A stretch of DNA of 64,000 nucleotides from Vicugna vicugna (lineage: Eukaryota), in assembly GCA_013265495.1 (NCBI GenBank), contig MU062811.1, positions 3,443,462 to 3,507,461 on the forward strand, read 5' to 3'. The position numbers were made by a program, and so were the translations under genes. Each line of letters starts with the position of its first letter. Within the stretch, counting starts at the first letter, position 1. Shown here in pieces: positions 49,401 through 62,530 of the stretch. Under the pieces are notes generated by a model. That model was not told the DNA's origin and made no database searches. It worked only from the letters and a program-made list of their open reading frames with translations.

Positions 49401-52400
49401 GTCACCCTTATCTTTGGATCCACCTCCCCCGTGCAAGCACTGTCAATTCCACCCCCAATTATATCCCAACTACAACCATTTCTTCCTGTCTCATGATCAC
49501 CCGCTCTTGAGTACATGACCATAGCAGCTTCTTCTAACTGATCTCCTTCCTTCCGCCTGTAACCTGTTTACTCTTTCTTTGCACTGTGGCCAAAATGATC
49601 TTTGAAAAAAGAACTCAGATCAAAGCCCTCTGATGACTAAATCTTTCCCTCGACAGCAAGGCTCTGCCTTCCCTGGGCTCTGACCGCCGGTGCGTCCTGC
49701 CCCCTCTCTCCTCTCACCAGCCCCTCCGCTTCCTCCTGAATGGCTGCTGCCCCAGGGCTCCGGGTGTTCTCTCATCTCTGAGCTGCACCCCAGACACCGC
49801 AAGACTCCTTCATTCAGCTCTCAGGTCAGTTATCACCTCCTCTGGTAGGTTTTCCAGCGCCTCAATTTTAAGCAGGAGCGCTCCCTCACCCTACTCCCTC
49901 TCCGTCATCCTTCTGTGTTCAACTGCACATTGGTACCGCTATGCGAGTCATGCTCTTATCTCCTCTTGTCTCCACTGGAACAGAAAGAAGTCCCTTGAGG
50001 ACAGGGACGTCTGTGCCTCTGGGTGCTACAGTGCAGTAGGTACTTAATAAACATCTTAATGAACGAGCGGGGACTCTTCCACTGAGGGGGAGGTACCTTG
50101 CTCCCCACCACACCCAGCAGGCACACCTCTTCCTCCTCAGTCCCGTCACTTCCCCACCTCCTCCCCTCTCCCCTTCTCTCACTAGGGATCTCAGCACCAG
50201 CCTGCCGTCTTTCTCTCCATTTCCATTCCTGTCTTCATTCCTAGTGACCTCCTGATCTCACCTCTAAGGACCGTTTTCAACTGCTCCCTCCAGGGGTGAT
50301 ACTCCTGCCCTGATGGATCATCGCCCAATGGCCATGGCGCCTTCAAGGCCTCGCCTCCATGCACATGCATTCACACTGTCTGCTCCATCCTGTCTTTCCA
50401 GCTCACTTGCTCCATTAACCTCAATCCAATAATTCTTCACCCTCATCGAGGCTTCAGTCCACATCTTCATAGCCTTCCCTCCCCTGAGTATGTTTCTCAT
50501 AACCAAGTTTGGATTCTACATATCAGCACAGTCCCTCCTTCGCAAACACTAACTGCCTTGCCCCTCTCTCCCTAGAGAACCCAATCTTGATTAACCCCAA
50601 CTGTCATCTACTAAGTTGACTAGATGGAGCAGCTGAACAGATGAGAGAAATCAGTATTCCATAAAAGTGCTCACCTGACCCACTTTAGAATCATACCCAC
50701 TTATCATAAATGGGGAGTCCCCACAAATCTGCAGTGAGCAGTCAACACTGCCCAGCAGGCCTCCTCCCCTCCCTTGGTGTGCCTGGTGTCCACTCTCCAA
50801 AAATGTCCCACCCCTCCTCAAACCCTACAGCCCTCCCCCAACCACCTGCCACCTCTGCCACCTTCTCGCTGGAAAACAGAAACAGTGAGACAGGAGCTCC
50901 ACTTGCCAGTTACCTGCACCTGCTATCCCCTCCCCTACCTTCCCTCCTGAAATCAACACCACCAACATGACCTGGTTTCTCTCATAGGCCACCCTCCACT
51001 TGTATACCAGGTCCCAACCCCGCTTGCTTCTTGAACATATCTCCTTTCCACCGTGGATTTCTCTCTCTCTTTCTCCTGGATTGACATCAAACATACTCCA
51101 GAATCTCTATCACTGAAAAAAAGCTCCTTTGAGAGTGTGCAACTTGATTAGATACTAAGTAAAACAAAATAAAAACTAGAAAGACATTTTGGGGGATAAC
51201 TGGGAAACTGTTACATGGATGGCTATTTCACAGCATTTAGGGAATTTTTAAAGCCATAAGGGAACGTCCTTATGTTGCGAGATGAAGTACTTAGGGGTGA
51301 AGTCATATGTCAGCAACTTACATCCAGCATATCAGGAAAAAAAAGAGAGAAAGACAGAAAGCAATGTGATGAAATATTTACAATTACTGAATCTAAGAGG
51401 AGGCATGAAAGTGTTCACTATAATATTCTTTCAGCTTTTCTGCATGTAAATGACGTGGGGTGTGGGGTGTGGGGTACGGTTCAGATATGTGTAAAACTTT
51501 CCTGGGTGATGCTAACATGTGGCCAGGCTGAGAACCACTGAGCCACATAACCTTTACAGTCCTTTCAGCCATAAACTCTATGGTTCTCGAATACAATTTT
51601 TTAAAAATATTAATGCTATTAATCATTAACTATGAAAAAGAAAAACCTCCCTCAACTTGATCCCCCCTCAGCTATTGCCCCATTTCCCCGTCCTCTTTAG
51701 AGTGGGAGGGGGGGGAAACTATAGCCCACCGCCTGCTCTTACAAAGTTTTCTGGAACACAGTCACACCCGTTAGCTACAACAGCAGAGCATCTGGGTAGC
51801 TCTGAGACTGTAAGCCTCAAATATTTATTCTCTGGCTCTTTAACAAAAAGTTTGCCTACTCCTGCTCTAAAGAAGTATTCCACCCCCTCCCTTTTTTTTT
51901 AAATTGAAGTACAGTCAGTTACACTGTGTCAATTTCTGGTACATAGCAAGTCCCGGCTCTCACTTCCCCAACTCCCATTTCTTTTCAGTCCTCTCCAAGC
52001 TACTGTCTCCACCATGGCATGGTCTCTGCCAGGCCAAATCAGCCCTGCCTCTCAGTAGTGTTAGACGCCACCCTCCCTCTCCCTGACGCCCCTCCTTGGC
52101 CCTGGAATGCCCCCGGGAGCCTCCTCCTCAGGGGCTGCTCTTCTCTGACTCCTCTGCAGAAGCCCCCGCCTCTACTCTACCCAACACGGTGGGCTCCCCA
52201 GGGTCCCTGCCGCAGCCCCTCTCTCCAGCACTACTCTCCCCCTAGTGGGAGGTGAAGGGTTACCAGTGTGGACTCTGGAGTCATGCTGTTCAAATCCCAG
52301 CTCTGCCACTTACCAGTCACGTAACCTTGGGCAACTTGCCTAACGCCTCTGTGCCTCAGTTTCCTCATCTGTAAAATGGAGATAACAGAACCTTCCTCAT

Positions 52401-55400
52401 AGGGTGTTGTTGTGAGGATTAAATGAATCAGTATACAAAGCACGTAAGCAGTGCCTGGCACACGTGAGTGCCCTGTGAGGGTCAGTGACGATCATGGCCT
52501 CAAGGCCGTACTGACCTCTCCACCTCACCTCACCATCCCCTCACTCTGCTCCAGCCTCCCTGCTCCTCAAACACCCTAACGTCATTTCTCAAAAGACATC
52601 TGCTGTCCCCACGACCTGAACATCTGTCTACCTTACCTCCACCCCCGAGTCCGTGCAAGATTAGCTCCTTTGTGTTGCTTCAGTCTCAGCTCAAATGTCA
52701 CCCCTTGAAAGGTCTTCCCTGAATACCCAATCTAAGAGATCCTCCAGTTACTCTCGCTGGGTTGTCTGTGCAGCTCTAACCACAATCAGAAATTACTCTG
52801 TTTGCTTGTGTTCACAAGTTCACTGCTATTTCTGCCCCCATGAAAGGCAGCTCCATGAGCATAGGGCCCCTGGCTGTCATGTTCCCCAGTGACTCCCCAA
52901 CCCTAGAAATAGTCTCACTCACAGCAGGCACACAACACGTGGTCCAGAAGGAAAGAAGAGAGGGGAAGACCCAACCATTAAAACATCCCCATAAAAACAC
53001 TGCAGAAACCTAAAAACCTACCAATAACACGATGTGAAACAAAAACAGGAGTGCAAATTGGAATGTGGGTGCTGCCAACAGCAGAGGAACACGTGTTCGT
53101 AAGGACAGGTTCCCGCAGACACACCTGTCCCCGAAGGCCACAGCCCCTACCCACGCCTGTGCCCAGCCCCTGGGGTCCCTTACCTTCTCGCCACTGTCCC
53201 GCAGCTGCTGTAGCTGCCGCAGCCGGCGCCCCTTCTCCAGCTGCTTCTGCAGCTCCAGCTCTGCCTCGTCCTCCTCCAGCACCTCTGGGGACCCTGATCG
53301 TGGTGCTCCGCCCTCCTCTGGTGGAAACACGGGAGACGCCTGCTCAGATGGTCTCCTTGGCCCCTGGGCTCCTGTCCCTGCCCCTTCCGCCCACCCTCAG
53401 CTGCCTGGGGCCCCCTCACCCTCATCACTGATGTCCATATTCTCCACTCGGGTGTCATCGGACTGCGGGGGCTGCGGCACGGGTTCCTTCTCCTCCTCTT
53501 CCTGGGCCTCCTCGTCAGCCTCAGGCACTCGGCGCCGGCCCCGGCCCCGCAGTCTGGACGAAGAGGCCTCTCTGTGAGCAATGACCCTGGGCCGGGCCAG
53601 CCCCACACACCACCCCTGTGTCCAAGCCCACCTGGAGCCGAAGTCCCCATCTTGAGTTTGGTCCCCAAGAGGCAGCAGGTCGTCAGCCCGCACTACCACC
53701 TCCTTCTCCTTCTTGCGGATCTTCTTCACCCTCCGCTTGGTCTTTTTAAAGGTCACCTGAAGGGAGGAGAGAGAAGAGACATGGGGGTGGGAAGAGGGGA
53801 AGGCGGGCAGCCACAGTCCACGAGCATGAACACTTTAGTGTCTCTCTGTGCCAGCGCCGTCCCAAGTGCTTCACATACGTGAACAAGATGTGAGGCTGAG
53901 CAATTATCATCCCACCAGTGTGATGAGGACAACTGAGGCACAGGGCTGTTAAGTTCCTTGTCCAAAGTCACCCAGCTCCTAAACAGGAGAGCTGGGACTG
54001 GAATCCCGGGAGTCTGGCTCCAAGTCCTGCTCTTCACCACTTAGCAGGCAACCCCCTGAGCCAGCTGTCCACCCGCATGTTCACAGTCCTCCAAAATGCA
54101 ACATCCACATATAGCTATAAACTCACCACCTATCAGATAACCACCAATCCTTATAAGAGTCCTCAAGAGGTGGCTCCTGCCACCCCTCTTTCAGATGAAG
54201 AACCTCAGGCTCATAGTTAAATGACTCACCCAAGGCACAAGCTGGCTATGTGGCAGAGCCTGGGTGGACCCCAACTCAGGGCCACCTGGCTCACAGTCTC
54301 TGTTCTGTCTACACTGACTGCCTCCCCACAGCACATCCCCACCCAGGGCTTTCAACTACTGTTCAATCCCAAGAGCCAAGCACCATGTGATCACTTGACC
54401 TCCTCCTTAGCTCATTCAGGTAGCACGTGACCTCTGAGGGGAGGAAGGATCGGGACACCAATCACAGGGCCTCGGGGCTCACCATCTCCTCAGGCGTGAG
54501 GTACTCAGAGGCGAGCCGGGGCCCAGCTGTGCTCAGGGACTGAGCCTGCAGCCGCAGCTTGGCCCGGATCTCTTCCAGCTCCCGTTCCCGGAGGCCATCG
54601 GCAGTGCCACCCTGCTCCAAACGGAAGGAATGTGGCCGCTCGCCCTCCAGCTCCTCGTCATACTTGGACAGGATAGAGCGAGGTTTTTGCTGCAAGGCAA
54701 AAGGTCCATGTTGGGACCCAGCTCAGCTCCTGAAATGCCACAGAGTCGCCCCTCCTCACAGCCCCCCTGCCAACACCCTCTGCTCCGGCGCCCACACTGC
54801 CCGGCCTGCCTGCGCCAAGTCGTCCACGCTCTCGTCCTCTGCGTACGGCAAGTAGTCAGGCTTCTTCTTGCGCAGCTCCACATTCTTCTCCGCCCGCTCC
54901 TTATCCAGCAGGTTCACGTTCACCAGCACATCCTCCTCCTCCTGCAGCACTCCTAGGGGCAGGGCAGAGGCAGCAGCCGTTCACATTAGCCCTCAACTCC
55001 GCAGCACCTGTGCCCTCAACCAGGCTGCCCCGGTTCAACCCACCTTTGTCCTTGAGCGTGAGGATCACAGTCTCCCCCTCTCGGAAGGAGTCAATGGCGT
55101 GCTCCACGGTGAGGCCCTGCAGGTCCCGAGCACTGTATAGGTCCTAGAAGGGAGGCAGAAGGTCCAGCCAAGTCAGGAGCCCCACCCACCTGACCCTGGG
55201 ATCCCAGCACCAAGGACAGAAGCTCCCCAGCTGCTCCAGCTGCCTCACCTGCCGCCTCTGCCCGAACTCCTCCTCCACTAGGGTGCTGACACCAAATTCT
55301 TGGTCCATCTCCTCCAGCAGCTTGGCCTATGGGACAGGGAGGGAGGTGATCTATGACGTCAAGCTATCCAAGATCACCAGAAGGCGCGGGGCTTTACCAA

Positions 55401-56362
55401 GTGGGAATGCAAAAGAACTGGCCTTGCAGGCAAGCTGCTGAGAATACCGCAGAGGCGCCACTGACCACAAGATCCTACCTCTCTTGAGCCCAGTCTTACC
55501 TCCCAAGGGTCAGTCTCCTGCCTCACTGGCCAGCCAGGCCACCGGAGGCACTGGGCAACATCCCACCTGCCCAGAACCTCACCCTCTTCTCTGCCAAGTC
55601 CTTCTCCTTCTGCAGCTGCCGGCTCCTCTCGATCCAGGCTGCAGTGTCATCCAGCCAAGGGTCATCCTCCCCCAGAGTCTTTATCTTCCTGAAGAGAGAA
55701 GAGAGAAGAGAGTGACCTTCTGCAGAATCAGCTCCTGCTCCCCTACCCCATCTCCAGAGTCCCTGGGCACCTCTTTGGGCCCTCCCCTGGGCTGCCCTGC
55801 AGGGACCCCTCACCCCAGTTTTTGGTTCAGGAGGCGCTTCTCTTTGGCAGCCGCCAGCTTCTCTCGTAGCTCCTCTCGCTGTCGCAAGGCCATGGGGTTG
55901 ATGACATCGGCTGTCACGGGCTCCTCCTTGGTGCCCGCCTCTGGAAGGGAGGCCCAGACGTGAGGCTATGCCCGCCCATGGCTGGTGGGGAGAGGAGGGA
56001 GCCACTCACACTGCCCTCTTCTGGCTCAGGGAGCCAGAAGGGGCCAGGAGTTGGGGAGAGTCCTTCACCTCCCAATTCCTACATGATCCCACACTCCCAT
56101 GTCACCCCCACAGCATGACGGGACCCTCCACGCCTTCCAAAGCCCCTCTGATCATACTTAAAAAAAAAAAAACTAACAGCAACCACCTGCACAGCCCAGA
56201 TCAGTCTACAGCACTGTGCACATCTCTTGTCCCACCTAATGCCACCTCACAGTCAGCGTAAGGAGGCGACGACAACTGTTCAAAGAATGAGTTGAGTCCC
56301 GGACCCACATCACAACAGCAAAGAGGGCCCCATGCCTACCAGCCAGCACACGCACACACACG

Positions 56363-56397
<35 letters not shown>

Positions 56398-59140
56398 GAC
56401 TAACTGGTGCTAAGCCTGCTCTTGAACCTCACTTTCTTCAGAGACCCCTTCAGATGCTCTCCCTCCCCGTATTCGCAGCCCCACACTTACCCTTCTTGAC
56501 GGCATTGACCTCCAAGGGTTTCAGCCCCAACTTTGCCCGGAGTTTACTGAGAACGAGAGATACAAGTATTAGGAGCTGTAAAAAAAAAATGGGAGCACCA
56601 AATCCATTTTTGGAGAGACCAGGGGTGAAAACAGGATAGGACTAAGTGGTCCCAAGGGTCCCAAACACAGGGCCTGATTCAGGCTGACCAGAACAATGGG
56701 AAGGGCACTGGCCTCCATGAGGCCCGGCCTGCCCCAAACCTGTGAAATGCCCTCTTTTCTCTTGAGCCTTTGTGTCCTCTTCTGTAACTCAAATGGTTGG
56801 CTGAGATGATTTATATGGCACTTCCAGTTCCAATCAGAACACTTTACCGTGTGAGAGCCTCCCCAGACAGCTGCCCCAGAAGCTGCCCGTCCCAAAAGGA
56901 AAAAACAGAAACGTAAAGGAAATAGTACTTACTTGGTTTCCTCGATGCTGAGTGACGAGGCATCTCCTGAGCTAGTTTTGGAGCTGGCAGCTGGAACAAG
57001 AAGCAGAGCTCAGGAGCTGAACATAGGACAGAGAAGCCACATCCTTGGCTCCAGCTGTAGTGCCAAAGATGAGGGCCGCTCACATGCACCTAGGCCTGTG
57101 GGGACACCAGCCTGCAGCAGGCTTCCCCCACCCCGGAGCTCCCTCTACCCATGCCCCAGTCTCTGAGAATGGCACCTCTACACACCTTTCTTTCCTGATC
57201 CACTTTCCTTTTCTGCCACCTCTCCACTTTCGCACATTCTGTTTTCCACCTGCACTGCCCTCTCTGGCTTCACTCTGATTAACAAAACCCTATCCAAATG
57301 CAACAATCAAATGCCACTTCCTTCATGGAGTCCTGCTGGAATATTGATCAGAATGAACTGCTCTCCCCTGAACTCCAAAGCATGGTCACAGTCACTCTGG
57401 ATCTGTTTCTTCTCACAGGGCAGGGATCGTGTCAGCAGCATGGCTGTGTCCTCTGTATAATTCATGCAGTCAAGAAACACACTTATTTGTGCCTGCTTCG
57501 TGATGGGTTTTGAAGACACAGAGATATAGGAGCATATGTAACCTCCTCCACTCACCTTACAAATACCAAATAACTTCACTAAACACCACAGACAGCAGCT
57601 AGACACAACCAGACGGAGCTCCCCTAGCCAGCTGCCACTATGTACTCTTTCTTCCAGCACACTCACCTCACAAGCTACCTCTCCCCCTTTTATCCCACCT
57701 GGACCCTGTATCCCAACTCCTCCAGGCTCTCTCCAAGGTCACCAGCCTCCTTTCTAAATCCAAAGGATACTTTTCAGCTCTGGTTTTGCCTGATCTCCCA
57801 TGGTGTGTGACCCTGTTGATCATTCCACAGATCCCATGACACAGAGTCAATGGATTTCCTGCTTTGGGGGATATCCTACCTCCTTTTCTGTAGCATCTGG
57901 CTCTGCCTACTACTAAAAGATTGTCATTTCTCAGGTTCTACTCCCAACCCTGGCTTCTCACTCCTCACTCTCTCAGGGGACTTCATTTGCCAACTAAATA
58001 CTCATGACTCCCAAATTCCTCTATCCAGCCCAAATTCTGGGTTTCTCCATGCACATCAAATGCAACAATCTCCCCAAAACTGAATTCATCTCCTTCCCAA
58101 AATTTGCTTCTCTTCCAAACGCCTCAATTTCAGTAGACCACAGTACCACCCACCTGGTCACTCAAGCCAAAATTCAAAGAGGCATCCTCTATTCTTCTCC
58201 TTCCCACCCTCATCCAAATGCTAAGTTCTGTTACTTCCTCCTCCAAAACACCTCTCCAATCTGTCCGCATCTCTCCATCCCGTTGCTGCTGCATTGGTGC
58301 AAGGCCACCATCAGCCCTCACCTCACCTCTAGTGTTGACTGTCCTTGACCCTGTTCTCAACACAGTGATCTTTGCAAAACATGAATATGACCACCTCACT
58401 CCCCAACTCAAATTCATGACTCCCCACTATTAGCACAAATAAATTTCTTAACAGGGCCTGCAGGGCCCTTTGTGTTGGATCCCTGCCTATTACAGCCTCC
58501 CATCTCTACTATGAACTCTACACAACTTGCCCAATACTGGGTTTCTTCTTGTCTCTGCACATGCTGGTATCACTTCATTCATTCATTCAATGCATTGACT
58601 GAGAGCCTATGATACGCCGAGGAAAACAGAGAGTATCTCCATCTTCACGGAACTTTAGCAGAGAAAGACACTCTTTAGTTCCAAATAACCGTAGAAAGAC
58701 CGTTTAATAAATGCTAATGAAGAGAGCCTAGGGATGCCTCGACCTGGCGAGCTTGGCGTCAGTACCCAGGGCCCACCACCCCGGGACCTCCCGTCGCCAC
58801 GCCACCCGCACAGGCCCCACCCCTCACCGGCCTCATAGCCGTCATCTCGCTTCTCCCGCTTCACGCGCCGTTCAGAGGGCTCTGTCTGGCTGCGCTCCCG
58901 CCCGTGCGTGCCGCTGCGGGCCTCAGCTTCGGTCCCGCGCCGCCCGCCCCCGCGCTCGCCTCCACGCTCCCGGCTTCGCTTCCGTCTTTCGCCGCCACTG
59001 CTACCGCCGCCTCCACTCCGGTGCTTGTGTTTTTTGTGCTCCCGGTGCCGAGGTAGCTGCTCAGTGGTGCCCCCGGTGCTGGCCGCTGCCGTAGTCCCGG
59101 CCGCCTCCTTCTCCCCGCGGTGCTTCTTTGACGACCCCAT
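43449..59140 (-). CDS. SART1: U4/U6.U5 tri-snRNP-associated protein 1 (Snu66 homologue), 20 exons: 58828-59140, 56933-56990, 56491-56546, 55814-55940, 55583-55688, 55249-55326, 55044-55143, 54810-54952, 54483-54689, 53632-53756, 53420-53553, 53184-53317, 45804-45977, 45513-45623, 45158-45245, 44529-44619, 44293-44428, 43773-43862, 43550-43671, 43449-43467; 803 aa
   Basis: [15 protein letters not shown]...; HIND motif [19 protein letters not shown]; [19 protein letters not shown]; end SGKSMNANTITK*. Exon lengths sum to 2412 nt in frame. 18 GT-AG introns and one GC-AG (intron 8). Confidence 0.98.
47490..47770 (+). mobile_element. L1 3'-end fragment in SART1 intron 12
   Basis: gaaataagccggtcacaaagagacagatactccatgatctcact...cacttaaaaatggttaagacagtaaatctcatgtgtattttaacacaatt(a)n. 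Confidence 0.8.
48289..48639 (+). mobile_element. MaLR solo LTR (MLT1-type) in SART1 intron 12
   Basis: TG...CA ends: tgttatggactgaattatatcctcccaaaattc ... gacttccagcctccagaactg...ttaagccacccagt...ctaaaaca. Confidence 0.85.
48940..51110 (+). mobile_element. LINE-2 fragments in SART1 intron 12
   Basis: Pyrimidine-rich L2 ORF2/3' sequence, e.g. gaatcccatctacatgctgac (degenerate YADD) and L2 3'-end motifs. Confidence 0.6.
51735..51868. mobile_element. MER58-like hAT-Charlie DNA transposon remnant
   Basis: gttttctggaacacagtcacac...aaatatttattctctggctctttaacaaaaagtttgcctactcctg resembles MER58 as recalled. Confidence 0.6.
52262..52465 (+). mobile_element. Well-preserved MIR SINE
   Basis: ttcaaatcccagctctgccacttacc...accttgggcaac...gcctcagtttcctcatctgtaaaatggagataa...gtgaggattaaatga...gtgcctggcaca. 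Confidence 0.85.
56350..56397. repeat. (CA)n microsatellite in SART1 intron 3
   Basis: Seen directly. Confidence 0.9.
57640..58620 (+). mobile_element. LINE-2 fragment in SART1 intron 1
   Basis: actcatgactcccaaattcctctatccagccc (degenerate YADD region) and 3' end with cattcattcaatgcattgactgagagcct. Confidence 0.65.
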
Positions 59141-59480
59141 GGTGGTCAGTCCACCCTGAGCCCGGCCGCCGCCGAGCCCCGACGACGCAAAATGGGAACA
59201 CTTCCGGGTCGCCCGGGCTGCGGTCGTATTGCCGGAAACCAAGAGAGGCTGCTTCCGTCGTTTGCCTCGGAGGCGGCCCCAAAGGCTCATGGGAAGGCCG
59301 GGATCGGCGCCCGACTGCGCGTTCGCGGCCGCCTCGGGCATGGTGGCCGTCTTTGAGCAGGTGGTCCAATTGCGCATGCGCTTCTCAAGGTTCGCGGCCC
59401 CGGTCTGGGAAAGACCGCATGATAAGAACTTTAAGGACCTAGGGGCCACCTAAGCCAGCAACCCCGGAGGTGGAAGCTCC
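59141..59480 (-). promoter_or_regulatory. SART1 CpG-island promoter
   Basis: ETS ACTTCCGG 59200-59207; CCAAT 59366-59370 directly next to an NRF1-type palindrome TGCGCATGCGC 59371-59381; high CpG density. Confidence 0.75.
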
Positions 59481-60300
59481 TTCTAGCCTCCCTCCGCCTG
59501 CATACCCTCAGCCACCGGAAGCTCGCTGCCTGATAGACTTTGTGTGGGCAGCGCCCACCGCTCCAGTAGGCTTCCTCCTAGTGGACTCCCCGCGGTCCTG
59601 GCTTCATCAGGTGTTGGACGACGTAGCATGTTCTTTCCCTGAGACTCCGAGCTCCACATCCCGGCCTCCTCCCAAACCCTACTAGTACTGCCAGCAAACG
59701 GTGACTTCCCATGTTTCCCGGATTGGATTTTTTAACCTGCGCTCTGTAAACTGCTAAGGAGCTCCAGCTGAGCTTCTGCATGTCTGTGAACCCCTTGAAA
59801 TTGAATGTAAAATCTGGCACATCCGTGTGTGTGAGCTGCTTTTTTTTTTCATCCTTGAGGAGACGGGCTCTAACTTGAAATTACTTAACGTTAAAAGCTC
59901 AGTTCACCCAATCCCTCCTGACACCCCCACCTCAGAGTTTCTCGATCTGGCAGCCCATCTGTTATAGTGTGATCAGGCACCCATTTAAAGGTCTGTCCCC
60001 CTCCCGCACAGGACTGGGAATTCCCAAAGGCAGAAGCCATTCTGTCCTATAAACTTGAATTTCTAGGACCCAGCATTTCTAGAAGGAGTTGCAGCTGTTG
60101 CTCTTAGAGATGCCCCCTCTTCAGGAACAGAGGCAGGGTCTTGTGTGCTGGGAGGGGGCAGCCAGAACAGCCAAAGTTCTTGGGGGATGTGGGGACAAGC
60201 TAAGAGTGCTGCCTACACACCTGCCACCGCCTACTCCCAACCCGCATCACAGCCTCTTCCCACCACACCAGAAATCCCACACTGTATTTTCCACAAAGCA

Positions 60301-61510
<1,210 letters not shown>

Positions 61511-62397
61511 CTAACCATGGACATGAGCCACCCCTCCTGAGCCTACTCAGCCTCACTACCTCCTCCCCGAGCTTTACAAAACCGTTCCCTTCCCATCCTT
61601 TGCTAGGACTCCTCTGAGGCCAGGGTGGGGTGGGAATTATTTGCCCCATTTTACCCATGACACACCTGAGGCTCAGGAGGGTGGAGGGGCTTGTTCAAGA
61701 TTGCACAGCTGGGAAGTGAGGGTCTGAGCCCAAGTCTGCAGGCTGTGCTCCTCCCAAGGGAGCTGGGGATGGGGCAGCACTGGCTTCTGAGCAACAGGAC
61801 ATCTGCTTGCACAGACTCTCCCCTCCCCACGTCCACCCCACACCTGCCTACACTGCGCCCTTGAGGAGGGAGCTGTGGCTGTTGGCTGTGACTCTGGGCA
61901 AGGCCCCATTCTGGGCTCTTGGGATCAGTTTTCTTCCCTGTGCTCTAGCTGGGATTGGACAAGCTTGCCAGCATTGTCCGTGGTTCTTATAATCAGATAG
62001 CTTAGAAAACGGGACAGAGGAACTAAAGAAATGTGTTGCAAACGAAAGAGCACATCCCAGAAAGATCCAGTTTCCACTGAGGAAGCACAATCCCATTTAC
62101 AAAAACCCAGGTTGTGCTCTTGTCAGGAATCTCCTCAACAAGCTGCACATCCTTGCAGGGGCCCTCTGGCCACGTCACACACGGGACTGGGCATCCTGTG
62201 CAGCACACGAGAGAGGCCAAGGGGTGTGGTGGCAGCACCCCCAGACAGGACAGGAGGGGAGAGGCAGACGAGACTCCGAGACTTGTGCTGGGCACTCTGG
62301 CAAGTGTGCTGGGCCCCATGAAAACACACAAGCTTGCTGGGCCAGGCCTCTTATCGATGTGCCAGGGAAGGAACCTTCCTCCATTCCAGAAAAAGAT

Positions 62398-62530
62398 GGC
62401 GGTGGTTATAGCTCAGTGGTAGAGCGTGTGCTTAGCAGGCATGAGGTCCTGGGTTCAATCCCCAGTACCTCCATTAAATAAATAAATAAACCTAATTACC
62501 TCCCTCAGCCAAAAATTTTTTTTAAATAAA
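62398..62530 (+). mobile_element. tRNA-Ala-derived camelid-type SINE with intact A and B boxes
   Basis: ggttatagctcagtggtagagcgtgtgcttagcaggcatgaggtcctgggttcaatccccagtacctccattaaataaataaataaacctaattacctccc. Confidence 0.9.

Noticed and set aside
59141-59449. Stop-free in-frame extension upstream of the SART1 ATG, containing further ATGs
   Set aside because: Lies across the promoter motifs (ETS, NRF1, CCAAT), so it is probably upstream of the TSS. The MGSSKK start has a strong context (ACCATGG) and matches the known protein.
62023-62340. Exon-like peptide KDVQLVEEIPDKSTTWVF on the minus strand in a TSGA10IP intron
   Set aside because: Does not match the recalled TSGA10IP sequence and I could not assign it to a gene or repeat; no supported splice context.
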